Shown here piece by piece: positions 9,329 to 17,222 of a DNA stretch of 64,000 nt. Position 1 is the first letter of the stretch; each line of letters opens with the position of its first letter. Source of the DNA: an uncultured virus (IMG/VR IMGVR_UViG_3300003320_000087) (taxonomy: Duplodnaviria; Heunggongvirae; Uroviricota; Caudoviricetes); the IMG/VR virus record IMGVR_UViG_3300003320_000087, positions 62,001 through 126,000 of that record; one strand, 5' to 3'. The position numbers and the translations under genes were made by a program. The notes beneath the pieces were generated by a model that saw nothing but the letters and a program-made list of their open reading frames with translations, ran no database searches and had not been told where the DNA came from.

Positions 9329-9541
9329 ATGGCAACGTCATGGTGGAATGTAACTGGAAAGTACACCTGTCTAAATGACAAGAAAAAGAAGGTTACAGAG
9401 CGATTTAACGTTGACTTTCAGGCGACAAGCAAGACTGATGCGGTCAATAAGGCCAAGAAGTATTTCGAAGACATGAAGAATGCTAATAGAGCAGCAAATT
9501 ATAGCAATTTCACTAGTATCAAGGCGAGGCCGGTAAAGTAA
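9329..9541 (+). CDS. Hypothetical protein
   Basis: AGGAG SD then ATG (MATSWW...). Confidence 0.6.
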   Translation: MATSWWNVTGKYTCLNDKKKKVTERFNVDFQATSKTDAVNKAKKYFEDMKNANRAANYSNFTSIKARPVK

Positions 9542-9735
9542 TGGCAAAGAAGTTTGAGCTGTCTGACCTTGACAAGCAGGGATGGTCTTCTGTTAAGGTT
9601 CATGGAAAGTGGCGGGGTCTGGTCGAAAAGACTGGCCGTAGTAACTACGCACTTCACCTTGGCAAGAATGACGTAACTAACTTTAAGACAAAGAAGTCAC
9701 TTGAGACGTGGCTCACAGAGAAGTGGGCATCATAA
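9541..9735 (+). CDS. Hypothetical protein
   Basis: Coupled TAATG start. Confidence 0.6.
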   Translation: MAKKFELSDLDKQGWSSVKVHGKWRGLVEKTGRSNYALHLGKNDVTNFKTKKSLETWLTEKWAS

Positions 9736-9788
9736 TTAAATATGGCGAAAATACCGCTAGCGAGTAGGCTAGGGGGATATCGCAAAGC

Positions 9789-9855
9789 GTTCGGGTCGAT
9801 GAATATCGTTTATCTATGGTGAAGAATACGACGATAATCACTACCATATCCGTGC
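9789..9855 (+). ncRNA. Minimal Y-RNA-like ncRNA Y4
   Basis: TTCGG-GTCGA-TGA-ATATCGT-TTATC...ACGATA-ATCA..CATAT-CCG. Confidence 0.6.
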
Positions 9856-9864
9856 ACTTACTTA

Positions 9865-10029
9865 TAACCCCTGAAGATTTTTGGGTCGGATGTTTTTCGG
9901 TTATCTTACTGTGAATGAGGAGTTTCGGGTTCGAATCCCGACGGGTCCACTCTTGGGCCTGTGGTGTAATTGGCAACACGAAAAACCCGATGGACGCTTA
10001 TATATCCAAAAACCAATCTTCAGGGGTTA
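9865..10029 (+). ncRNA. YrlA-type Y RNA Y5 inside a 15-bp flanking stem
   Basis: TTTGG-GTCGGA..TCGG-TTATC; T arm CGGG-TTCGAAT-CCCG, GGGTCCA/TGGGCCT, D arm GTGTAATTGGCAACAC; TATAT-CCAAA; flanks TAACCCCTGAAGATT/AATCTTCAGGGGTTA. Confidence 0.85.
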
Positions 10030-10055
10030 AAGCTTGTCTAAAAAAGGAGATGAAG

Positions 10056-10244
10056 ATGTCACAGTATCCTCGCAAGGAAAAGGTCACGGTTAACCTGGTT
10101 CGCAAGCAGAATGATGAGACTTACCGAATTGTTGATGATAGGGAGATGTTTCATCTGAAGGCACATCGACTTGTTGTTCCTGAGGGGAAGATGCGGGAAG
10201 ATAGCAAGTTTATTGGTAGTTTCTACATTGAGCTGGAGAAGTAA
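10056..10244 (+). CDS. Hypothetical protein
   Basis: AAGGAG SD upstream of ATG. Confidence 0.6.
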   Translation: MSQYPRKEKVTVNLVRKQNDETYRIVDDREMFHLKAHRLVVPEGKMREDSKFIGSFYIELEK

Positions 10245-10612
10245 TGATTAATGCCTGGGGCCAAAAGATTGAGGTTGGCTCAGTAGTTTATCGTGGTGCC
10301 CGTGACGGTAGCTCTTCTACTTATAAGATTGGAAAGGTTCTTTCTCTTAAGGATGGAAAGCCGCCGCGAATTGACTGGCTTTTTGAGCAGTCTGGGCGAT
10401 GGATTGATGTGGGTGACAAGAGATTCTACTATCCATTCCCATGTAGGCTTAAGAATAGTCAGGGTTCACCTAGTGCCGATAGCCTAGTCCTGATTGATGT
10501 AGACCTTGATGAAATTGAACGTCAGGCTGATTTCTTTGGCACCATTGATTACAATACAAAGTTTCGTGATGAAGAGGAATTTCATCACGCACTTGATTCT
10601 CATAGGATGTGA
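10244..10612 (+). CDS. Hypothetical protein (SH3-like N-terminus)
   Basis: GQKIEVGSVVY...KIGKV pattern; coupled start. Confidence 0.6.
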   Translation: MINAWGQKIEVGSVVYRGARDGSSSTYKIGKVLSLKDGKPPRIDWLFEQSGRWIDVGDKRFYYPFPCRLKNSQGSPSADSLVLIDVDLDEIERQADFFGTIDYNTKFRDEEEFHHALDSHRM

Positions 10613-10680
10613 GAATCCGGCCGGATTACGGCCAAGCTTAAATCCAATGCCCAAAATGGGCCGAAAAGAAAGGAAAGAAA

Positions 10681-12312
10681 ATGACGAATTCTCTTGGAAA
10701 GTACGCTGCTTCTCAGAAGCAGGAGCGTGTTGCAACTCCGCCTAACCGTAGGACTCCTGGTCGTACAGATGAGGTAATGAACAACACGGGCGGGTTTACG
10801 TTTAAGGTGTCCGACAAGGACAGGCTTGAGCGATTTCTGATTCTTGGTACTGATAAGGGTACGTATTACGTTGATGAGCCTAAGCTCACTGAGCAGAATG
10901 TCAAGGTTGTAACAGACCTTATTCGCAAGGATGAGCGTATGGTTGTTGATACGGCTGTTGATGTATCTGTAAATGGTCGAGCGCTTAAGAATTCTCCTGC
11001 ACTCTTCACTCTGGCCAAGGTCATGACTGAGGGTAAGGATAAGGCTTATGCTCGTGCGGCTGTTCAGAAGGTTGCTCGTACTTCTACGCACCTGTATGAG
11101 TACGGAAACTACATTGAGTCGCTTGGTGGCTGGGGTCGTTCAAAGCGGCAGTCTGTTGCGGGTTGGTATGAGTCTAAGGACCCTAGCGACCTTGCGTATC
11201 AGGCTGTGAAGTACCGTCAGCGAAATGGCTGGGAGCACCGGGATTTGTTCAGGCTGTCTCACCCCAAGGGTATTGACCCATACGTGGGAGCTTTTATCCT
11301 TGGCAAGGAGTCTGATGCTGTTCCGACGTTCAATGGTCCTGATTACATTGCGGGATTCAAGACTCTTCAGGCTGCAAAGTCTGAGAAGGAAGTTCTTGAT
11401 GCTCTTGAGCGATTCCCGTACATGCCTTGGGAGGCCCTTCCTACTCAGTTCCACAAGAACGTGAAGGTTTGGCAGACGCTGTTTTACCAGGGTAGCCTTC
11501 GGGGCCAGGCACTTGTCCGGAACATCACCCGCCTTGCGCGAATGGGTGCTTTCGATGACATGGTGTTTGCGGCTGACTATGCAGAGCGCCTTGCTGATGG
11601 TAAGATGATTGAGAAGACTCGTCTTCACCCAATCAACTACCTAAATGCAGTTGTTGTGCATGAGGAGGGTCAGGTTGACCGGAAGCCCGGCTATTCTTGG
11701 TCCTATGGACGCAACAAGAATTGGAAGACTAACGGCAAGATTGTGGATGCTCTCAATGAGGGATTCCACCTTGCTTTCAAGAGTGTTGTTCCTGCGGGTA
11801 AGAGGACTCTTGTTGCAACGGATGTTTCTGGTTCAATGAGCCAGGCTGCTATTGGTCTCGACCTTTCTTGTGCTCAGGTTTCTGCTGCTGTTGCTATGAC
11901 GGTTGCTCGTACAGAGCCTTATAGTGATATTGTGGGATTTGCTGATACCATCAGCGACCTTGGTATTACTGGAAAGACATCTCTTTCTTCTGCAATGCAG
12001 AAGGTTCAGAGTTGGAACTTTGGTTCTACCAATCCTGCTGCTGCAATTCAGTATGCTCAGCGAAAGGGAATTGCGGTTGACACGTTCGTCATTATCACTG
12101 ATAATGAAGTGAACAGTGGAACTGTAAAGCCTTTCCAGGCTCTGAAGACCTACCGTGACAAGACTGGAATCGACGCGCGACTTGCTGTTCTGGGAGTTGC
12201 TGCTACTGATTTCACAATTGCGGATGGAACAGATAAGGGAATGATGGACTTCGTTGGCTTTGACAGCAACGCACCTCGGGCCCTAGCTGATTTTTCCGCA
12301 GGTCGTCTGTGA
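10681..12312 (+). CDS. Ro60/Rsr-like TROVE-domain RNA-binding protein with vWA domain
   Basis: NNTGGFTF, RLERFLILGT..GTYY, GWGR, KYRQRNGWEHRDLFRLSH, vWA MIDAS DVSGSM, ITDNE, VGFD. Confidence 0.93.
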   Translation: MTNSLGKYAASQKQERVATPPNRRTPGRTDEVMNNTGGFTFKVSDKDRLERFLILGTDKGTYYVDEPKLTEQNVKVVTDLIRKDERMVVDTAVDVSVNGRALKNSPALFTLAKVMTEGKDKAYARAAVQKVARTSTHLYEYGNYIESLGGWGRSKRQSVAGWYESKDPSDLAYQAVKYRQRNGWEHRDLFRLSHPKGIDPYVGAFILGKESDAVPTFNGPDYIAGFKTLQAAKSEKEVLDALERFPYMPWEALPTQFHKNVKVWQTLFYQGSLRGQALVRNITRLARMGAFDDMVFAADYAERLADGKMIEKTRLHPINYLNAVVVHEEGQVDRKPGYSWSYGRNKNWKTNGKIVDALNEGFHLAFKSVVPAGKRTLVATDVSGSMSQAAIGLDLSCAQVSAAVAMTVARTEPYSDIVGFADTISDLGITGKTSLSSAMQKVQSWNFGSTNPAAAIQYAQRKGIAVDTFVIITDNEVNSGTVKPFQALKTYRDKTGIDARLAVLGVAATDFTIADGTDKGMMDFVGFDSNAPRALADFSAGRL

Positions 12313-12362
12313 TTAATGAACCCCGCTGTTTTTCGGCGGGGTTCAAGCTTTAAGGAGATAAT

Positions 12363-13295
12363 ATGTATTTTGGGGTTGGAGACGTGTATGTAAATATCTC
12401 TCGAAAATCCATATCGGTCAAGCCTAAGTTTGAACCCCTTGGTCCAACAGACCTTTATGAAGCAGAATGGCTACTTGAGGTAAGGGCAATGGATGCCGAG
12501 TTTTGGATTACTGGAAAGGCATCACATGCTGCTCCAATGGAAATTATTACGTCATGTCTTTTGGCGGGTTTGAAGAAAGTAGCAGAGCCATATATTTTCA
12601 ATGCTGCTTGTGCTAGAATAGAATCTCAGTTTGGATTTGCTGTAGATAGATGGATTTCTCCAGATATTGCTAATGTTGTTTCTCAAACCTTCAGCACATA
12701 CGGTGTTGATTTTGAGGTAGTCATCATTCCAACTATCTTTGCCACACTTGTTGGTGAACCAAAAATTACAGCGAATTACATTGAGGATATTCCAGAAATT
12801 AGACTTGATATGCATGTTAATGGAATGAAATCAAGTCTTAATTTTAGTATTGAGTTGTGGGAATTGAGTTTTGAAGAATGTATGGAGATTGCAAAGTTCA
12901 AATTCCTAGAAAGTCTTTATAAAGAACACCCTGGACTAAGCCACTTGTGGACTCAAATCAGATATAATTGGCAAGATATGGGTCAGATGAGTGACCAAGG
13001 TGTCGCTTGGTTTAATAAGATTCAAGGTAGCAGTAGCAGTTGGCTTCCTGATAAAAGTAATCAGCATGTAGGCAGTAAGCAAATTGTCTCCCATACGGAA
13101 GACAGGCGAGTAAGAGAACTGCCGGGTCTTAATGAACAGGTAAAGCATCCTGAATCGGGGAAGACAACAACGGTAAGAGCTGCTATTATTAGTCTTAACG
13201 ATAGCTACAAGTGGTCAAGAGAAAAGATTGCTGATTGGCTTGATACGCTTGATATCGATTTGCAATTTAAGGTGAGTAATAATGAACAAGATTGA
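12363..13295 (+). CDS. Hypothetical protein
   Basis: Long ORF with AAGGAG SD; C-terminal IISLND..KWSREKIADWLD motif. Confidence 0.65.
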   Translation: MYFGVGDVYVNISRKSISVKPKFEPLGPTDLYEAEWLLEVRAMDAEFWITGKASHAAPMEIITSCLLAGLKKVAEPYIFNAACARIESQFGFAVDRWISPDIANVVSQTFSTYGVDFEVVIIPTIFATLVGEPKITANYIEDIPEIRLDMHVNGMKSSLNFSIELWELSFEECMEIAKFKFLESLYKEHPGLSHLWTQIRYNWQDMGQMSDQGVAWFNKIQGSSSSWLPDKSNQHVGSKQIVSHTEDRRVRELPGLNEQVKHPESGKTTTVRAAIISLNDSYKWSREKIADWLDTLDIDLQFKVSNNEQD

Positions 13296-13488
13296 TGAGA
13301 AGGCTGAAGAGCTAGCCAAGGTGATTGACGACATTGGTATGAGTGTGTATACTGGTTACACTCTGGCAGATGCGATTCGTGAAGGCTCTAAGGTTTCTAC
13401 TCAGGAGTATGGTTGGGGCGATGGCGAGACAGCTTGTGCACTAACCAGTGCGGTTATTGCTGCTAAGGCTCGTGGCTACGTCGATTGA
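13282..13488 (+). CDS. Hypothetical protein
   Basis: Overlapping start; TLADAIREG..W..G..ACAL motif. Confidence 0.6.
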   Translation: MNKIDEKAEELAKVIDDIGMSVYTGYTLADAIREGSKVSTQEYGWGDGETACALTSAVIAAKARGYVD

Positions 13489-13576
13489 CACGCGGCGGGT
13501 TCTGTAGTAAGATGTACTTATAAGTAAACGAGATAGCCCAATAGAGGGACGGCAAAGCCGGTAAATCTATCTCTAT

Positions 13577-13650
<74 letters not shown>

Positions 13651-13676
13651 CTTCCAAAATAAAAGGAGATTATAAA

Positions 13677-13817
13677 ATGGCTAAGGTAAATACTAGGGTT
13701 ACTCTTCCCGATGGTCGTAGTGGTGTTACGGTTGGTCCTGTTGACAATAAGGGTAAGCAGGAAGTCTGGCTTAAGCCTGGTAAGTCTGTTAGCGTTCCAG
13801 CTAAGGATTTGAAGTAA
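13677..13817 (+). CDS. Small SH3-like protein (46 aa, not in ORF track)
   Basis: AAGGAG SD; MAKVNTRVTLPDGRSGVTVG... Confidence 0.55.
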   Translation: MAKVNTRVTLPDGRSGVTVGPVDNKGKQEVWLKPGKSVSVPAKDLK

Positions 13818-14006
13818 TTTTCGGCGGGTTCATTGCGAACCCGCAAGCTTGACAGACCGTACATCTGTCATTTTCACTGTAGTTTAGGAATACTCGTATA
13901 TAAAACACTCAACCTAGGATAAGAGAGAAGTGTTAGCTGCTTGGGCGCACCAGTGACGTTTAGTGAATCGTAATCACTCCCTGTAGTTCGGGTAAGAGCT
14001 ACACTT

Positions 14007-14079
14007 GCCTCGGTAGCACAATGGATAGTGCAGTTGACTTCTAATCAACAGGTTGCAGGTTCGAGTCCTGTCCGGGGTA
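14007..14079 (+). tRNA. tRNA-Arg(TCT)
   Basis: GTTGA-CTTCTAA-TCAAC; canonical arms. Confidence 0.92.
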
Positions 14080-14086
14080 CTTTTTA

Positions 14087-14182
14087 TGGGCTTTCGTAGT
14101 GAAAGAGGAGTCGGGATACTCCATACCCGCACGCTTAATATATGAGCGTTCGTACTCTAAGGTGCAAATCCTTACAGCCCAC
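14087..14182 (+). ncRNA. tRNA-like RNA: acceptor stem and T arm with a non-canonical interior
   Basis: TGGGCT/AGCCCA, TAAGG-TGCAAAT-CCTTA, internal CGGG/CCCG and ACGCTTA/TGAGCGT stems. Confidence 0.5.
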
Positions 14183-14352
14183 TTATGAAAATGCTTCGGA
14201 AAAACTCACGTTGGCAAATTTGGTCTAAGACCTATGGAAGTGAACGTAAGAGAAACGACAGAGCCTTTGAAAAGAAGCAATGGCAAAAAGATGTAGTTGA
14301 GGAAGAAGGCTAGGCATGCTATCATAAAGCTAGTAAGGTTTATGGAGGTTGA

Positions 14353-14916
14353 ATGCCTAGAAGAAAATTTTTCTATGATACTGAGTTCCACGAAGATGGA
14401 AATACCATTGACCTCATCTCTATCGGAATTGTCCGGGGTGATGGCAAAGAGTATTATGCAGTATCATCAGAAGCAGATTACAGAAGAGTTTATGAGAATA
14501 GTTGGCTCATGAATCATGTTATGAATACTATTCCTCATCTAGTTGTTGAGATTCCTAATGATGGCGGGTTTACTGTGGTTCCAACAGGGCCACACGTAAA
14601 ATCCCGGGCGGAAATCAGAGAAGACATCATGGCATTTGTAAGCGAAACTCAAAACGAATTCAATGACCCACATGGTGAAGCAAAGGCTGAGCTATGGGCA
14701 TGGTATGGTGATTATGACCACGTTGCTTTGTGTCAGCTCTTTGGTAAGATGATTGATTTGCCAGAAAGTTTCCCAATGTTTACAAGAGATTTGAGACAAC
14801 ATTGGGAATACAAGGGTTATCCTGAACTTCCTAAGCAGGAAGAGGGAGAGCATAACGCCTTGGATGACGCAAAGTACAACAAGATTATGTGGGAATACCT
14901 AGAGGGTCTGAACTAA
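14353..14916 (+). CDS. 3'-5' exoribonuclease, RNase AS/Rv2179c-like DEDDh
   Basis: FFYDTEFHEDG.TIDLISIGIV, ELWAWYGDYDHV.LCQLFG, HNALDDA. Confidence 0.85.
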   Translation: MPRRKFFYDTEFHEDGNTIDLISIGIVRGDGKEYYAVSSEADYRRVYENSWLMNHVMNTIPHLVVEIPNDGGFTVVPTGPHVKSRAEIREDIMAFVSETQNEFNDPHGEAKAELWAWYGDYDHVALCQLFGKMIDLPESFPMFTRDLRQHWEYKGYPELPKQEEGEHNALDDAKYNKIMWEYLEGLN

Positions 14917-15075
14917 ATGGAAAAGCACATTTTCTCAGTTCTTCTGAAGGTAGAAGTTGAAGCATACAATGAGGAAGATGCACAGGAAGTCACCAAGGAT
15001 TGCTTCGGAGAGGGTAGCGTCTGCGGATTGACTGTGGTAGACTATGAGGTGATTGACCATGATAAACTTGGCTGA
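14917..15075 (+). CDS. Hypothetical protein (52 aa, not in ORF track)
   Basis: MEKHIFSVLLKVEVEAYNEEDA...; abuts the upstream stop. Confidence 0.5.
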   Translation: MEKHIFSVLLKVEVEAYNEEDAQEVTKDCFGEGSVCGLTVVDYEVIDHDKLG

Positions 15076-15268
15076 GCTTGAAAAAGCCGGGGTCACGGTC
15101 AGAAAGTTCTGTGGACTAGACATTGAAGATGGTGTAGGATGTCCAGAAGAGGCGGTGGGAGAAATCATCGCAGCCATGGAAGATGGTATCGAGATTCCTG
15201 TTCCAATCTGTAACATCCATCTGAAAATGATTCAGTCTGAGTTTGATGTTGAAGGGTTGTCTATTTGA
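15059..15268 (+). CDS. Hypothetical protein
   Basis: GAGGTG SD; Cys/His residues. Confidence 0.55.
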   Translation: MINLAELEKAGVTVRKFCGLDIEDGVGCPEEAVGEIIAAMEDGIEIPVPICNIHLKMIQSEFDVEGLSI

Positions 15269-15305
15269 CAACCGCTGAGACTCTTGCTAGTATAGAAGAG
15301 TCAAT

Positions 15306-15378
15306 GGGGGTTTAGCTCATCTGGTAGAGCGTCTGTTTTGCAAGCAGAAGGTGACCGGTTCAAGTCCGGTAATCTCCA
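15306..15378 (+). tRNA. tRNA-Ala(TGC)
   Basis: G3.U70 pair; TCTGT-TTTGCAA-GCAGA. Confidence 0.92.
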
Positions 15379-15395
15379 CGCGAGGAGGTGGTAAA

Positions 15396-15464
15396 ATGCT
15401 TACCACAATTCTAGTAGTAATCGTCTTGATTCTCCTTATTGTTTTCTTGGCAAGGAGGGTGTAA
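15396..15464 (+). CDS. 22-aa transmembrane micro-peptide
   Basis: AGGAGGTG SD; MLTTILVVIVLILLIVFLARRV. Confidence 0.55.
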   Translation: MLTTILVVIVLILLIVFLARRV

Positions 15465-15465
15465 G

Positions 15466-15555
15466 ATGAGAGGTAACGATGTAGTATGGACCATTGCAGG
15501 TATTTTGTTTATTATCTGTCAGATTGTCTGGTTGATTGACAATGTCAATCTGTAA
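15466..15555 (+). CDS. 29-aa transmembrane micro-peptide
   Basis: GGAGGG SD; MRGNDVVWTIAGILFIICQIVWLIDNVNL. Confidence 0.5.
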   Translation: MRGNDVVWTIAGILFIICQIVWLIDNVNL

Positions 15556-15695
15556 TGGTAAGCTAAGGCCACGATGGAGGTCAGGGTAATTCGAAGTTGG
15601 CTATGGGTTACTGAAAGTTCGAGACGCGGAGCCAAACCTACGTCGAACAATCCATCAAGCTTGCACTATCTTAAACTTCGTGATATACTTAAGAT

Positions 15696-16043
15696 ATGAA
15701 CAACGAAGAGAAGAAAGCAGCAAAAGCCGCCGCCCAAAAACGGTGGTATGAAAAGAATAAAGAAAAGCATGTTGCAAATGCAATGGCCCGCAAAAAGGCC
15801 CAAGCAGAAATCGCTAGATTGCACATTCGTAAGGTGAAAGAAGATTCTGGTTGTGTAGACTGTAAAACGAAGTATCCCTATTATGTCCTTCAGTTCGACC
15901 ATCTAGGTGACAAGGAATATACTATCGCAGATATGGTACAAAGCGGATATAGTGTAAACACAATCGACAAAGAAATCGCTAAATGTGAAATCGTATGTGC
16001 TAACTGCCATGCAATTAGGACACATTCACGTATGATTCGGTAG
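15696..16043 (+). CDS. HNH endonuclease
   Basis: CVDC..LQFDH...K...EIAKCEIVCANCH. Confidence 0.8.
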   Translation: MNNEEKKAAKAAAQKRWYEKNKEKHVANAMARKKAQAEIARLHIRKVKEDSGCVDCKTKYPYYVLQFDHLGDKEYTIADMVQSGYSVNTIDKEIAKCEIVCANCHAIRTHSRMIR

Positions 16044-16107
16044 CACAACCTGGCAGTGCAGGAGACTCTTAATCTCAAGGTTGTGGGTTCAAATCCCACC
16101 CGAATCA
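16034..16107 (+). tRNA. tRNA-Lys(CTT)
   Basis: GATTCGG/CCGAATC; CTCTTAA loop. Confidence 0.88.
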
Positions 16108-16125
16108 CATATTGTATTATAATAG

Positions 16126-16162
16126 AAAACCCCGGTCATAAATTGGCCGGGGTTTTACTTTT
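16126..16162 (+). terminator. Intrinsic terminator
   Basis: AAAACCCCGGTCA/TGGCCGGGGTTTT followed by T-rich tail. Confidence 0.6.
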
Positions 16163-16346
16163 GGGAGGAAGTATGATTGTATACGAAAAAGGTAATTGGT
16201 ATTTCGTATGTAAGAAATGTAAGCCTGAATTTAAATCAGCACCGCTAGAATCTAGAAAGCTAGCGGAGTTTGCTGAGGCAGTACATAGACATAAGTTTTA
16301 AATCAAACCCACTAAATCGGTGGGTTTTTCTTATTTAGGAGTGAAT

Positions 16347-17150
16347 ATGTTTAGTCGTCGTAAGTCTACTTTTGTTCCTGACCGTACTCTTCGTCCTCTG
16401 AAGACTGTTAAGGTTGTCAAGCGTGACCCTTCTACTGCGGCTGCACCTGTTGACCTTATTAAGAAGGTCGGTGTATCTTTCGAAAAGAAGGTTAATTCTG
16501 CTGTTAATCTGAACAAGAATGTGACTGGACCTTCGCGCGGTGTTGTGTGGAATGTTGTTGGTCTGCTTGATGAGTCTTCTTCTATGGGTCCGTTCTTCCG
16601 CGACGGAACTGTTCAGGAAATCGTTGACCGTGTACTTGCCTGGTCTGCTTCTGTTGATAATGATGGGCTTGTGCCATTTGGCGGGTTTGCTAACGGCCAC
16701 ATTTGGCATGGTGATGTTGACCTGACCAACGTTAATAACGTGGTCTCTAACAATGGCTGGCGTCCTTGGGGAGGCACGAATCTTGCCGACTCGCTGAAGG
16801 CTATCCTTAACATGGTGAAGGATATGGGTGATGCCTGGCAGGAGAATCCGATTCTTCTGTTCATTGTTACTGATGGTATGCCTCAAAATCAGGGGCTTGT
16901 GAAGAAGTATATTCAGGAACTGTCTCAGTATCCTATGCTGATTAAGATTCTTCGTGTCGGAAGTGACTTGGGTGCCAAGGCATTTGTTGAGGACCTTGAT
17001 AACATGACGACTGGTCGTCTTGTGGATAATGTTGAGGCTCCTGATGATGGTCTGTACAAGGGAATGCCTGACGATGCTTTCAACGCGGCCATGATTAATG
17101 ACATGGATAAGTATATTGCTGAGGCAACTGCGGCGGGTCTTCTGGCCTAA
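16347..17150 (+). CDS. vWA-domain protein (TerF/Ter-associated vWA-like)
   Basis: LLDESSSM MIDAS, WGGTN, FIVTDG, FVEDLDNM..R.VDN. Confidence 0.8.
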   Translation: MFSRRKSTFVPDRTLRPLKTVKVVKRDPSTAAAPVDLIKKVGVSFEKKVNSAVNLNKNVTGPSRGVVWNVVGLLDESSSMGPFFRDGTVQEIVDRVLAWSASVDNDGLVPFGGFANGHIWHGDVDLTNVNNVVSNNGWRPWGGTNLADSLKAILNMVKDMGDAWQENPILLFIVTDGMPQNQGLVKKYIQELSQYPMLIKILRVGSDLGAKAFVEDLDNMTTGRLVDNVEAPDDGLYKGMPDDAFNAAMINDMDKYIAEATAAGLLA

Positions 17151-17222
17151 TGCTTGACACGCTTGCTTCCTTCCTGTAGGATGCGAAGCAAGTAAGCTAA
17201 TAACAACGTAGATGGAGCAGTA

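Noticed and set aside
9915..10055. N-terminal extensions of ORFs at 9915, 9239, 16056, 18097, 18571 and 23789
   Set aside because: They run through tRNA or Y RNA genes; downstream ATGs are better starts
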